A DNA stretch of 63,224 bases, the filler included, from Octopus bimaculoides (taxonomy: Eukaryota): assembly GCF_001194135.2 (NCBI RefSeq). It is 3 parts of 3 records of this genome, joined end to end, with 100 filler letters (N's around TTAATTAATTAA, not from the genome) between each part and the next. Parts side by side here need not be neighbours in the genome. Positions count along the whole stretch, not along the records: positions 1 to 28,036 come from NC_068997.1; 2 more parts are not named here. One strand, 5' to 3'. Numbering within the stretch: position 1 is the stretch's first letter; the number at the start of each line of letters is the position of its first letter. The notes under the pieces are model-generated. The model did no database searches, was not told the DNA's origin, and saw nothing but the letters and a program-made list of their open reading frames with translations. A program made the translations under genes and the position numbers. Shown one piece after another: positions 11,748-24,159 of the stretch.

Positions 11748-12789
11748 NNNNNNNNNNNNNNNNNNNNNNNNNNNNNNNNNNNNNNNNNNNNNNNNNNNNN
11801 NNNNNNNNNNNNNNNNNNNNNNNNNNNNNNNNNNNNNNNNNNNNNNNNNNNNNNNNNNNNNNNNNNNNNNNNNNNNNNNNNNNNNNNNNNNNNNNNNNNN
11901 NNNNNNNNNNNNNNNNNNNNNNNNNNNNNNNNNNNNNNNNNNNNNNNNNNNNNNNNNNNNNNNNNNNNNNNNNNNNNNNNNNNNNNNNNNNNNNNNNNNN
12001 NNNNNNNNNNNNNNNNNNNNNNNNNNNNNNNNNNNNNNNNNNNNNNNNNNNNNNNNNNNNNNNNNNNNNNNNNNNNNNNNNNNNNNNNNNNNNNNNNNNN
12101 NNNNNNNNNNNNNNNNNNNNNNNNNNNNNNNNNNNNNNNNNNNNNNNNNNNNNNNNNNNNNNNNNNNNNNNNNNNNNNNNNNNNNNNNNNNNNNNNNNNN
12201 NNNNNNNNNNNNNNNNNNNNNNNNNNNNNNNNNNNNNNNNNNNNNNNNNNNNNTATATATATATATATATATATGCACATACAGAAATACAAGCATTCTC
12301 ACAAGCATACATACATACATATATACATACCTACAAACATGCATACATACAAACATACATACATACTTACATGCATATACATATGTGCACAGATGTCCGC
12401 TCGCACGCACGCACAAGCACACACACAAAGAAATACAAACGTACACATTAACACAAATTCAAGTATACACACACATACATGCATACATAAATACATACAT
12501 ACATACACACACTGAAATGCACCTACATATAACACACAAGCACACACTTACACATATACACATACAGACATACATATACATGCACGCACACACAACTTAC
12601 TACATTAAAAGGTTTCATGAAAAGGGCATCTAGGCACACTACTGAGTTCTATATTATATGTTAAAGTCTTTACAGTATCGTTGCTAATGATTGAGCATCT
12701 TTAAAATTGGATTAATCATAATTTTGTTTAGCACAAGTATGATTAAGAGAATTAATAAAACATCGACAACAATATCGGGAGAGAGTGTA

Positions 12790-12953
12790 AGTCAATTACA
12801 TTAATTCCAGTGCTCAACTGGCACTTATTCTATCAACCCGATAGGACGAAAGGTAAAGTCGATTTCGGCGAAATTTGAACTCATAACGTAAAGACAGACG
12901 AAACACCCCTAAGCATTTTGCCTGGTGTGCTAACAATTCTGCCAGTTCGCCGC
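12790..12953 (-). mobile_element. Family D SINE
   Basis: CCAGTGCTCAACTGGCACTTATT...AAAGTCGATTTCGGCGAAATTTGAACTCA...TTCTGCCAGTTCGCCGC. Confidence 0.8.
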
Positions 12954-13100
12954 ACATTTGACACCAAATATTGATTCAGATTTTGGGACAAGGTTAGCAG
13001 TTTATATATATATATATCCATATAGAAATAATATATACGTGTGCATATCTATATACATATATGTGTGTCTCTATGAATATATATATATATATATATATAT

Positions 13101-13266
13101 GCGACTGGCTTGCTTCCGTCTGTCAAATTCACCCAGAAGGCATTGGTCCGTCCGGAGCTGGTAAAAGACACTTGTGCAAGATGCCACACAGTAATTCCAC
13201 ACAGTAATTGCTACACAGTAATTCGAAACCACGTGGTTTCAAATCGCGCTTCTTACCACACACCCA
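13101..13266 (-). mobile_element. Decayed family C (CORE) SINE head with internal (ACACAGTAATT)x3 expansion
   Basis: AAGACACTTGTGCAAGATGCCAC matches the reverse complement of the CORE motif. The three 11-bp units are at 13186, 13199 and 13213. Confidence 0.65.
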
Positions 13267-14009
13267 TGTCTGTCTGTCTGTATGTATGTATGTACGAATG
13301 TACGAATGTACGTATGTATGTACGTATGTATGTACGTATGTACGTATGTATGTACGTATGTATATATGTATGTATGTATTATGTATGTGTATGTGTGTAT
13401 GTATGTATGTATGTATGTATGTATGTATGTATGTATGTATGCCTTTTTCAAGTAGACGCAACCAAGATAAGTTTCATGAAACCATACTAGGAATCTCTCC
13501 AGCATTTATCACATTTGGTAAGAACTCAATCATGTTGTTTCTGCCAATAACATTAATACAGTTGAGTTGTCTTCGTTCTCCAAACTATAGCATATGGCCG
13601 ATTTAGCCATCTGTTTAACACAAATAGCAGTGGTCAGCAAAGCCTACCACGGCTTAGAACAATAATAATGAAGAAAGGTGGAAGATGTCCACATATGTCT
13701 AGATAGGTAGATAGAGAGATTGATAGATAGATAAATAGATATGCCTATACACACACGTGTGCGTGGTGGGGGGGGGTGTACGTGAATGTGCACGTCTATG
13801 TTAGACTGATGAATACATAGACACTGCTATTGACATATACACGCACGTGTAGGTACCTTGATAAGCTGTAATAGAAAAAAAAAGAAAAGGAAATAATAAA
13901 AACAATAAAGACAAAAAGCAAAAGTAAAAAAAAAACATACATATATACACACCTGAACATACATTCATGTATACATGTATATAAATATATATGTGTAAGT
14001 ATGCATGTA

Positions 14010-14042
<33 letters not shown>

Positions 14043-14543
14043 NNNNNNNNNNNNNNNNNNNNNNNNNNNNNNNNNNNNNNNNNNNNNNNNNNNNNNNNNN
14101 NNNNNNNNNNNNNNNNNNNNNNNNNNNNNNNNNNNNNNNNNNNNNNNNNNNNNNNNNNNNNNNNNNNNNNNNNNNNNNNNNNNNNNNNNNNNNNNNNNNN
14201 NNNNNNNNNNNNNNNNNNNNNNNNNNNNNNNNNNNNNNNNNNNNNNNNNNNNNNNNNNNNNNNNNATATATATATACAAATAGCGAGAGGCGAGATAGAC
14301 AGATAGGACAGATGTATGCTGTATCTATATATAGATGCTGTATTTATACACCCGTGTGTCTGTGAATATGTATGTTTGTGTATATATATAATGTGACTGG
14401 GCAGACAACAACACCTGGCTAATGATATTAATACTTCATTATAAAAGTTATTATAACTATGGATCTGCTTTCGAGTGTAAATAAAAACCTTTTGACACGC
14501 CAAATTGATGTACAACGTGTGTGTATGTGTTTGTGTGTGTATT

Positions 14544-14576
<33 letters not shown>

Positions 14577-15013
14577 GTGTTTGTGTGTGTGTGTGAGTGT
14601 GTGTTCAGGTCTTTATATAAGTATAAATTCATATACGCATATATATGGGTATATATTCATTACACATATTATGATGTATATATACATATATATCTATATA
14701 TATATGTATGTATAAAACTTAGCTTTGGCTCTGCCATGCTTACCTAGTCTCCAGTAGAGAGAGACATGTTAAATGAGCTAAGAAGACATTTTCGTGAGTT
14801 GTTCAAGATGTGGATCACTAAACATTATTATGATAATTGTTCTATTACATTTCTCTGAGGTAGAGAGACGTCCTTGGTTCTCTCCCCTTCCTTTTCAACA
14901 TCATCTCTGGCCATCCCTTTCTATCTTTCATATTCCTTTATGTCACCCTTACTTTCTCTCTCTCTGTCTCTCTAACTTTTAATTACACTCGCACATATGT
15001 TTTATGTGCGTGT

Positions 15014-15047
<34 letters not shown>

Positions 15048-15151
15048 TATATGAATATATATACTTATACATACACAAATATAATTATATATGCTCATAT
15101 TTACATAATTATATATGCATATATGTATACACACACTCATATTCTATTATT

Positions 15152-15283
15152 TGTTTCAATTATTTCACTGCGACCATACTGGAGCACCGCCTTTAGTCGA
15201 GCAAATCTTTGTAAGCCACGTACTTATTCTATCGGTCACTCTAGAATGTTAGACTCTAGAATGTTAGACTCTAGAATGTTAGA
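15152..15283 (-). mobile_element. Family C SINE 3' fragment followed by 15-bp tandem repeat (CTCTAGAATGTTAGA)x3
   Basis: CTGGAGCACCGCCTTTAGTCGAGCAAATC...TTATTCTATCGGTC. The tandem units are at 15239, 15254 and 15269. Confidence 0.8.
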
Positions 15284-15525
15284 ACTAGTTTAATCCCGGG
15301 TAGATGCCCCACTAGCTGGTTATCGGCATAACACTCTACCCCCTTTATATACAATATTTTGCAAGCAGGGTTCGCTCCCCCTCCTGGCACTATATAATTA
15401 ATCCCCACAAAGAAAAAAAAAATCGAAATAAACACAAGAAAAACAAAAGCGTGAGGACGTGGTACATGTACAGTATTAAAATACATTCAGGAAAGGAAAG
15501 AAAGATTGCTTTACGTTATATATAG

Positions 15526-15612
<87 letters not shown>

Positions 15613-15617
15613 TAGAC

Positions 15618-15674
<57 letters not shown>

Positions 15675-16222
15675 CATGCATATATATAATAAAACATACA
15701 TATAAAATAAAAAAAGGAAAATGCATGCCGTTTACATAGGTTTGATATATATTTTGATATATTTTATAAATAAAAAAGTATTGTGTATGTCGACCGGTTT
15801 CGCTTTCGCTAATCATGATATTGAAATTATTGTAATTTCGTTTTTTCTTAAGATTTTAGTCCATGTTGTGTATGGGGGTTTGTGGATAAAATAAATCAAC
15901 AGGTAGAAAAATCTTAGGGGAAGTAATTGGTAATCATTATTATTAGGGACAGGGGAGGAAATAGTTCAATTTGGTAATAGCTCATGATGAGGATGATGAA
16001 GATGATGATGATCATCATCATCATGAGGATGACGACGGCGACGACGATGATTACGATGCCGATGACTACAATGACATCGACAACGGCGACGACGACGACG
16101 ACGGTGGCAATAATGAAGATGATGTGGAGTTCTTGCTGTTTACCGCTTTAGGTCGAGGTCAACACTTCTCGGACGATCAGACTTATAGGCAAAGACATTC
16201 CTTCCAGACATGACCAACACAA

Positions 16223-16392
16223 CTATTCCACTCTGTACAGGGAACGCGGCACTACATAGCCGAACATTTCTTTTTCTAAGAGGTTAATGTCTAATGGGAG
16301 GAGGATTTTGGTTCTATTTCTAGCAGAGTGAGTGTCTACGTAGTGGCTCTCTCGTCGGTGCATATTGTTGGTGGAAGAATTGAGAGAAGAAG
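16223..16392 (-). CDS. Candidate terminal coding exon, unknown protein (xSSLNSSTNNMHRRESHYVDTHSARNRTKILLPLDINLLEKEMFGYVVPRSLYRVE*)
   Basis: Long polypyrimidine acceptor TTTTCGTTTTTCCTTTCTTTTGCTATTTTCTGCAG. One frame is open for 55 codons in complex non-repeat sequence; the other two close earlier. No family recognised. Confidence 0.35.
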
Positions 16393-16559
16393 CTGCAGAA
16401 AATAGCAAAAGAAAGGAAAAACGAAAATGCATAATCGCTACATACGTGTGCGATATAATATATATATATAAGCATTGTTGTTCCTAAATCTCTTAACTAG
16501 ATATATTTAGTAGCACTTTAAAGTAACGATTTTTTGTCAACCTAATATGGCAGTCCCAT

Positions 16560-16979
16560 ATTATCATCATCATCATCATCATCATCATCATCGTCATCAT
16601 CATCATCGTCATCATCATCATCGTCGTCGTCATCATCATCGTCGTCATCATCATCGTCATCATCATCGTCATCGTCATCGTCATCGTCGTCGTCGTCATC
16701 ATCATCATNNNNNNNNNNTCATCATCATCATCATCATCATCATCATCGTCATCATCATCATCGTCATCATCATCATCGTCGTCGTCATCATCATCGTCGT
16801 CATCATCATCGTCATCATCATCGTCATCGTCATCGTCATCGTCGTCGTCGTCATCATCATCATCATCATTATCATCGTTACCATCATCATCATCATCGTC
16901 TTCATCATCGTCGTCATCATCGTCGTCGTCATAATCATTATCATCATCATCATCGTCATCGTCATTATCATCGTCGTCG

Positions 16980-17019
<40 letters not shown>

Positions 17020-17022
17020 TAT
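16560..17022. repeat. Long imperfect (ATC/GTC)n trinucleotide tract
   Basis: Directly visible; generates the poly-D, poly-H, poly-I and poly-M ORFs. A smaller (GAT/GAC) tract lies at about 15984-16122. Confidence 0.95.
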
Positions 17023-17548
17023 CATTCATTCATTCATTCATTCCTTCTTTCATTCATTCGTTCGTTCTTTCGGTCGTTTATTTGTACATTTTTTTCCTTA
17101 TCATTATCATCTCAAGGAATCACGTCTAATTAACTCTCAACATGGTAACCCACCCNNNNNNNNNNNNNNNNNNNNNNNNNNNNNNNNNNNNNNNNNNNNN
17201 NNNNNNNNNNNNNNNNNNNNNNNNNNNNNNNNNNNNNNNNNNNNNNNNNNNNNNNNNNNNNNNNNNNNNNNNNNNNNNNNNNNNNNNNNNNNNNNNNNNN
17301 NNNNNNNNNNNNNNNNNNNNNNNNNNNNNNNNNNNNNNNNNNNNNNNNNNNNNNNNNNNNNNNNNNNNNNNNNNNNNNNNNNNNNNNNNNNNNNNNNNNN
17401 NNNNNNNNNNNNNNNNNNNNNNNNNNNNNNNNNNNNNNNNNNNNNNNNNNNNNNNNNNNNNCATATGTACGATTTATGTAAATGAAAATGTATGGCTTTT
17501 CGTATATGTTTTTGCGAATTTCAGATACATACATACATGCACGCACGC

Positions 17549-17897
17549 GTGTGGAGGCGCAATGGCCCAGTGGTTAGGGCAGCGGACTCGCGGTCGTAGG
17601 ATCGCAGTTTCGATTCCCAGGCCGAGCGTTGTGAGTCTTTATTGAGCGAAAACACTTAAAGCTCCACGAGGCTCCGGCAGGGGATGGTGGTGAACCCTGC
17701 TGTACTCTTCCACCACAACTTTCTCTCACTCTTACTTCCTGTTTCTCTTGTGCCTGTAATTCAAAGGGTCAGCCTTGTCACACTGTGTCACGCTGAATCT
17801 CCCCCGGGAACTATGTTAAGGCTACACGTGTCTCTGGAGTGCTCAGCCACTTGCACGTCGATTTCACGAGCAGGCTGTTCCGTTGATCGTATCAACT
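17549..17897 (+). mobile_element. tRNA-derived SINE (family A), nearly full length
   Basis: A box TGGCCCAGTGG, B box GTTTCGATTCCC, body ending GCAGGCTGTTCCGTTGATCG. Inverted copy at 25255-25635. Confidence 0.9.
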
Positions 17898-18329
17898 AAA
17901 ACAAAGTTTAATTTCATCAGCGTGTGCCAAATAATCATGGCTTTATGGTCATGCCGTCCATCCATAGTGAAATTCTCGGAAATATTCCGTCAGAATACTT
18001 TACTTTTAATGGTTTACCACCCGCTGAGTCTGTGGAATTTCTAAATATATTGAATTAAGTAATATGGAATTGGTTAAACTCCTGGTAAACAAATATTCTA
18101 TGATTCGCTTCTGGAACGTTCTACACATTGGCACCAGCGTCAACAGTATACGTTGCATAGAAGCCAGTACCGACGGAAGTATCACACACACACACACATG
18201 TATGCAAGTATGTATGTGTATGTATGTATATATGCATCTTTGGATGGATGGATGGATGGATGGATGTACGGGGGAAGGTATGAATGTGTGTATGTGTGTG
18301 TGCGTGTAAGTGAGTGTATGTGTGTGTGT

Positions 18330-18361
<32 letters not shown>

Positions 18362-18381
18362 TCTTCTATTCNNNNNNNNNN

Positions 18382-18412
<31 letters not shown>

Positions 18413-18565
18413 TTCTATTCTTTTACTGCTTTCATCCAAAGACAGGGGTCATGCTGGAGTACAGTCTTTCAGTGCTTTTTGGGTCTCCTGTACCGTTTTT
18501 CTTCAATAAGCGAGTTGGACGGAGCTGCCCTTCTTTAAGCTTCCTCTCGCGATGTGGTTTCAGGA

Positions 18566-18648
18566 ATTTGTCCATATATCTGTCCATAAAATTTGTCCAT
18601 ACATTTGTCCATACATTTGTCCATACATTTGTCCATACATTTGTCCAT
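18566..18648. repeat. Minisatellite, 12-bp unit ATTTGTCCATAC x7
   Basis: Directly visible; the first two copies are variant. Confidence 0.95.
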
Positions 18649-18736
18649 GTATAAGCACACACACACACGCACACACACACATACACGCAAGCGCGCACAC
18701 ACACACGCATACACTCACACACACACATATCAATCG

Positions 18737-18778
<42 letters not shown>

Positions 18779-18789
18779 TCTCTCCTTGT

Positions 18790-18888
18790 TTCTTTCCGTG
18801 TTCCTTTCTGTGGAAGAGCGTAGGCTCGAAACGTTAAAGACTTTCCCGATTCCGGAGCGTTATACTAATACATCTGTTTGTTTTCTAC
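18790..18888 (+). mobile_element. Possible Penelope-type terminal-repeat fragment
   Basis: GAAGAGCGTAGGCTCGAAACGT resembles the GAxGA...CTCGAAACG motif of Penelope/DIRS termini; truncated by a gap. Confidence 0.35.
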
Positions 18889-19584
18889 NNNNNNNNNNNN
18901 NNNNNNNNNNNNNNNNNNNNNNNNNNNNNNNNNNNNNNNNNNNNNNNNNNNNNNNNNNNNNNNNNNNNNNNNNNNNNNNNNNNNNNNNNNNNNNNNNNNN
19001 NNNNNNNNNNNNNNNNNNNNNNNNNNNNNNNNNNNNNNNNNNNNNNNNNNNNNNNNNNNNNNNNNNNNNNNNNNNNNNNNNNNNNNNNNNNNNNNNNNNN
19101 NNNNNNNNNNNNNNNNNNNNNNNNNNNNNNNNNNNNNNNNNNNNNNNNNNNNNNNNNNNNNNNNNNNNNNNNNNNNNNNNNNNNNNNNNNNNNNNNNNNN
19201 NNNNNNNNNNNNNNNNNNNNNNNNNNNNNNNNNNNNNNNNNNNNNNNNNNNNNNNNNNNNNNNNNNNNNNNNNNNNNNNNNNNNNNNNNNNNNNNNNNNN
19301 NNNNNNNNNNNNNNNNNNNNNNNNNNNNNNNNNNNNNNNNNNNNNNNNNNNNNNNNNNNNNNNNNNNNNNNNNNNNNNNNNNNNNNNNNNNNNNNNNNNN
19401 NNNNNNNNNNNNNNNNNNNNNNNNNNNNNNNNNNNNNNNNNNNNNNNNNNNNNNNNNNNNNNNNNNNNNNNNNNNNNNNNNNNNNNNNNNTAGATCTCGT
19501 TATTTATATACTTATTTATTTATCTTTAGCATAAATGTAAGTGAGCAATACCACCGCCACCACCACCACCACCACCACCACCAA

Positions 19585-19636
<52 letters not shown>

Positions 19637-19737
19637 GTAATATATACAAATGATTCTCTATAGTAAATCGTACCAATAAACTACTTTTACTTATTTATTA
19701 TTATTATTATTATTTATTTATAAGTATTTTTATTTAC

Positions 19738-19786
<49 letters not shown>

Positions 19787-20204
19787 CATTATTATTTCAT
19801 CATCATCATTATTATTGTTGTTGTTGCTGTGTAGGTTTGCATATGACACCTTAAACTTACATCTAGCTGAGAGTCCGACATATTTTAATAAAATATATAA
19901 CAGCAGGACTTCACACTTGCAAATACACATACACCCACACCTATACACACACAAACACACACACGCACGCACGCATACACATACATACCCATATGCTCGT
20001 ATTATTCATTATGTAGTTAGACATAAAGATAAAATAAGCCTTCGCCATTGTATGAGAATATATGTGAGTGTTTGCGTGCGTGAGTATGTGTTTACGTGTG
20101 CGTGTGACTCTGCGTGCGTATAAATACATCAGGAGTTTTATGTATGCACTCACAGTAATTATACGCTTACATCATAAATCTCAATATGTCTACATATTTG
20201 TGTA

Positions 20205-20620
20205 TATGCATTTTTATGTCCGAACACACGATAATTCGACTCCACTCCCCAGGGCCAGACCGTTAATCGAAAGTTCTACTGCGACGTTTTGAAGCGTTTG
20301 AGGAAGGACATTCGGCGAATGTATGTGTAAGGGGGGGGGCGAGAACTGGAATCTTTATGACGACAATGTACCCTGTCACCGAGCACTCCTTACTCGTGAG
20401 TTCGAAAAACAACATGGTATCGCTTCTGCTCCCACCCTTTTCGCCAGATTTAGCACCTGCAGATTTCTGTCTCCTCCCCCAAGATGTTCCTCGACTGAAG
20501 GAAGAAGACTTCCAAGCCGGATTCCAATAGTAACAGGAACGCTGGGACCAGTGTATTCTTTGCGCAAGGTAACTATTTCGAAGGGGATGATTTTAAAACT
20601 TAGGTAAAAAAAGTTATTCT
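20205..20620 (+). mobile_element. Mariner transposase C-terminal remnant
   Basis: Frameshifted translation gives PQGQTVNRKFYCDVLKRLRKDIRR, LYDDNVPCHRALLTREF, PFSPDLAPADF and ERWDQCI...QGNYFEGD, all mariner signature motifs, with an internal deletion. Confidence 0.85.
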
Positions 20621-20626
20621 TTTGAT

Positions 20627-20728
20627 TAAAAGTTGACCTCAACGGAGTTTGAACTCAGAACGTAAAGACAGAAGAAACACCGCTAAGCATTTCGCCCGGT
20701 GTGCTAACGTTTCTGCCAGCTCACCGCA
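20627..20728 (-). mobile_element. Family D SINE head
   Basis: AAAGTTGACCTCAACGGAGTTTGAACTCAGAACG...TTTCTGCCAGCTCACCGC. Confidence 0.8.
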
Positions 20729-21308
20729 CACCAGCATTACCGTACACGTTAAATGAAGTAGCATATTCACCGACCATTATAGTCACAAAGGAAAATAGAT
20801 ACTTCTTCAAGTCCAAGCAGGTGTATTAAAAACACAAGGAAACGACATGAAAAACAAATCTTCAGAAAAGGAATTAATAGGAAGGATGTGTCAATTCTTG
20901 AGATTTTTCATATTCTCTTTTATTTAAATTTGTGCAGTTCTGTATTAGATTTTGTTGGTCAGTATTGCATAGCTGTAGGGTTAGAATTTGTCATGTTTTG
21001 TTGTTTAACAAGTAGAAAGTTAAATTTTATTCAACGCACGGATACTGAACAGTATATATATATAAAGAATAAAATCATTTTTTTCTTTTTTAAAAGCAGT
21101 AAAATTTGTCGGTAGCCAACCACGAAGAACGAACTCACATTCCTCCAATATCCGGTTGGAATGCTGTAACATCTAAGCTAAACCGCCTGACCGCTAGATG
21201 TCTTGCAATTTAAGTAGTTATAGAATCATCCAGGAACGCTAGATGTCGTATAGGTTACACTATATGTAAACAAACAAGTTTGTTTTCGAAACGTTGAAAT
21301 GTATTGTA

Positions 21309-21508
21309 CAGGGTGTCCTCAAAGTCTGGGTACATGAGGATTAACACATACTTTAAGAAATTATTATTTCTCATATTTAATTGTTTATGTTATGATTTTA
21401 TTTACTCCATGTACCCACATGGAGATAAACACATACTTTAAGAAATTATTATTTCTTATATTTCATTGTTTATGTTATGATTTTATTTACTTCACGTACC
21501 CAGACCTT
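21309..21508. mobile_element. Tc1/mariner-type MITE with an internal 85-bp-period duplication
   Basis: TA followed by CAGGGTGTCC start. AAAGTCTGGGTACATG is mirrored by CATGTACCCA (21408-21417) and CACGTACCCAGACCTT (21493-21508). The AT-rich core is repeated at 21343 and 21428. Confidence 0.65.
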
Positions 21509-21735
21509 AATCAGTCACTTAGCTACCTTTTTTTGTGTGTTAGCATTTTTATTGTCGGTGGTGTAATTTAACCCCAGGTCTACTCTTAATCTAACAGACT
21601 GGTAGGTTGTAATTTTAGGGAGATTTGATCGCTATTTCTGGTAGCTTAATCAGTCACTCGACTGTGTTTTTAGTGAGTTAGCATTATAATTGTTGGTGGT
21701 GTAATTTAAATCCAGGTCTACTTAATCTAGCAGAC
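21507..21735. repeat. Direct repeat with period of about 140 bp
   Basis: TTAATCAGTCACT...GGTGGTGTAATTTAA..CCAGGTCTACT...TAATCTA.CAGAC occurs twice (from 21507 and about 21647). Confidence 0.8.
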
Positions 21736-21836
21736 CTATGATAAATAACATCCACACATAGATAAACATTATCGTTTGTTTTTCATATTTTCATATTTCT
21801 ATATATTATGTGAAGACGACTACGTTCTTCCTACAC

Positions 21837-22096
21837 CTGTGGTTCTCAAGCAGCGTCCATATCACCTTCGGAGATTCATATAAAATCTTTTGTTCAAATT
21901 TATGTGTAAGAAATTGATTATATACTTCTACAAATTACAAAATATTTTAACAATTTTTTTTTTATATAATCTCTAATAATATTTAATTCTTAAAATATGA
22001 CAGAATTTATTTTAACATTGAATGGCAATGAGGGGCCCAGTAGAATAGAATAGTAATCAAAAGGGCCCATGAGGGGAAAATGGTTAAGAGCCACAG
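21837..22096. mobile_element. hAT-family MITE
   Basis: Terminal inverted repeats (TIRs) CTGTGGTTCTCAAGC / GGTTAAGAGCCACAG; 8-bp TSD TCCTACAC / ACCTACAC (7 of 8 match). Confidence 0.85.
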
Positions 22097-22949
22097 ACCT
22101 ACACTTCTTTATAATACTACGGTATGAAATGTAGGTGACTTTGCTGTGGTTTCAAACACGTTGAGCGAGAAAGACGAGATAGACTCGTTATAGTGGTTAT
22201 AACCAAATTGTTGAGCAACGAGGTTTAGTATCGATTTTAAAGTTCGATCGTAAACTGTCAAGACAAAGTAATGATTTCTAACATAGATGCAACATCTCAG
22301 ATGCAGAGAATACGTAGAGACAATTAAATCGATCCAGTAATCAGATGCTCTTTTATTTTATCGTTCACGGAAGGATGAAAAGTGAAGTTGACCTTAGATG
22401 GGTGTGAATGAATTTAGATAAGACAAGGCCATACGAATCACAATAGACTCGGAATAATAGTAGGAAATTTATTTTATGGAAGTCTTAAGACATGAGGTCA
22501 TTCGTTGCCATGACAACGATATCTTAAATGTGGAGCTTTTATATACATTATATGAAACATATATTATGAGAATATTTATATCATATACATACATACATAT
22601 CTATATATTCATATAGCATATATGTATATACAAATATATATAAATACATACCTATAAATATATATGCTTGTATACGTATACCCATGCTTAAACATAGGTA
22701 ATATAGCAGTAGTGTAATGGATACTTCTATCCTTTAGACGGTTATTTTAACCTCTAACGTAGCTAACCTCTTAACCATCCGAAATTGCAAGGATAATCTG
22801 GATCTCGACTGAAGAGAGAAAACTCTGAATAACATGTCCGTGTTTTCTTTGTATCGTCTATCTGGATGTTTTGCGTTCTTGTCCCATTCTGTATTATATA
22901 TATGTGTGTATATATATGTGTGTGTGTACAGATGTATATGCATATATAA

Positions 22950-22980
<31 letters not shown>

Positions 22981-23009
22981 AATATATATATACACACAAT
23001 GCATATTGT

Positions 23010-23057
<48 letters not shown>

Positions 23058-23597
23058 TGTGCGTGTATATAAGAGAAATGACGAGTACACACACACACAC
23101 ATACGAATGCGTGTGTGTGTGTGTGTGCATATGTGAGTTCGTGTGTGTGTGTGTGTGTGTGTGTGTATAAACAGTACATATGAACGACATACACTTATAT
23201 GTGTATATGTATGTATGCTTTTCTATGTGTGTTTGTTTTCTACGTTTGTGTTTACTCTTGCGCATGCGTGAAAAGCGAAAGCCGAAGACTGGGACATACT
23301 ATAGAATAATAACTTGCCCAGTCAGTAATTATATTAAGATAAATAAACAATTGTATCTGCTTAGATATTTATTGACCTCTACATGTATTAGCAATCGACC
23401 AGTTTACGGTGACGATACCCCTGATGATGTCCAATGATGCGTAAAGGAAATTGGAGTTGTCTCCCACACATGCTGAGCAAATGATAAAATATTATTGATT
23501 TCTATGTATGAATTTGATAGGAGTACTCACTATGGCTGCTGATTCTCAACGTATTTTATTTATTTATTCATTTACTTATTGATATTTATAATAAGAG

Positions 23598-24013
23598 TTG
23601 TGTAATGAGCGAAAGAGTACGAACACAAGTAACTGATATGGTGATCCTCCGAAGCATGTCCGGAGTAGCATTACTCGACAGGATGCGTAGTTCGGAGATC
23701 AAGGTGTAGGTCGATCTACTGCTTCTCTGCACTAAGAGGTCACAACTCCGGTACAAGGAACATACAATTAGTGTGTTGCAGGAAAGAATCGCAAGATAGT
23801 CTTTTCAAGCCAAACCAACCGGCAAGAGACGCTGAGGCTGAATAACCACGAGATGGTTAGATGATATCTATCCATAGTCTCAGTTGGCCACGCTCGAGAA
23901 TCCAGCCGAAACATCTAATGACGTCTACCTCTGAATGGACCCTCCGTAGGAAGTACCTAAGCGCTTTTCTCCAACGATCCTCACAAGAATAGTGGGTGGA
24001 GAAGGTAGATGGA
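23598..24013 (+). mobile_element. RTE-clade LINE 3' fragment
   Basis: Decayed translation DMVILRSMSGVALLDRMRSSEI...SQLR...FQAKPTGKRR...RWLDDI matches the RTE C-terminal region; ends in a GGAT/AAT tail. Confidence 0.7.
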
Positions 24014-24159
24014 TAATAATTGTCTAGGGAAATCACTCAAATAGAATTTCCTTGACTTTTGAAAAGAAAGCAGTTTTTACATTTCATATGATATTTGGTT
24101 TTATAATTTGTATGTAAACAGTCCCGTTAGTACTGTCTCAAGTGCTAGAACTCACAGGC

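Noticed and set aside
16493-17485. Poly-Asp / poly-His / poly-Ile ORFs as a biomineralisation or metal-binding protein
   Set aside because: All frames are open only because (ATC/GTC)n lacks stops. There is no unique coding flank or splice support, and the tract contains a gap.
17551-17625. tRNA genes at SINE heads (also 489, 1876, 25560-25635 and 41922)
   Set aside because: A and B boxes are present, but each continues into a multi-copy SINE body and I could not build a complete cloverleaf.
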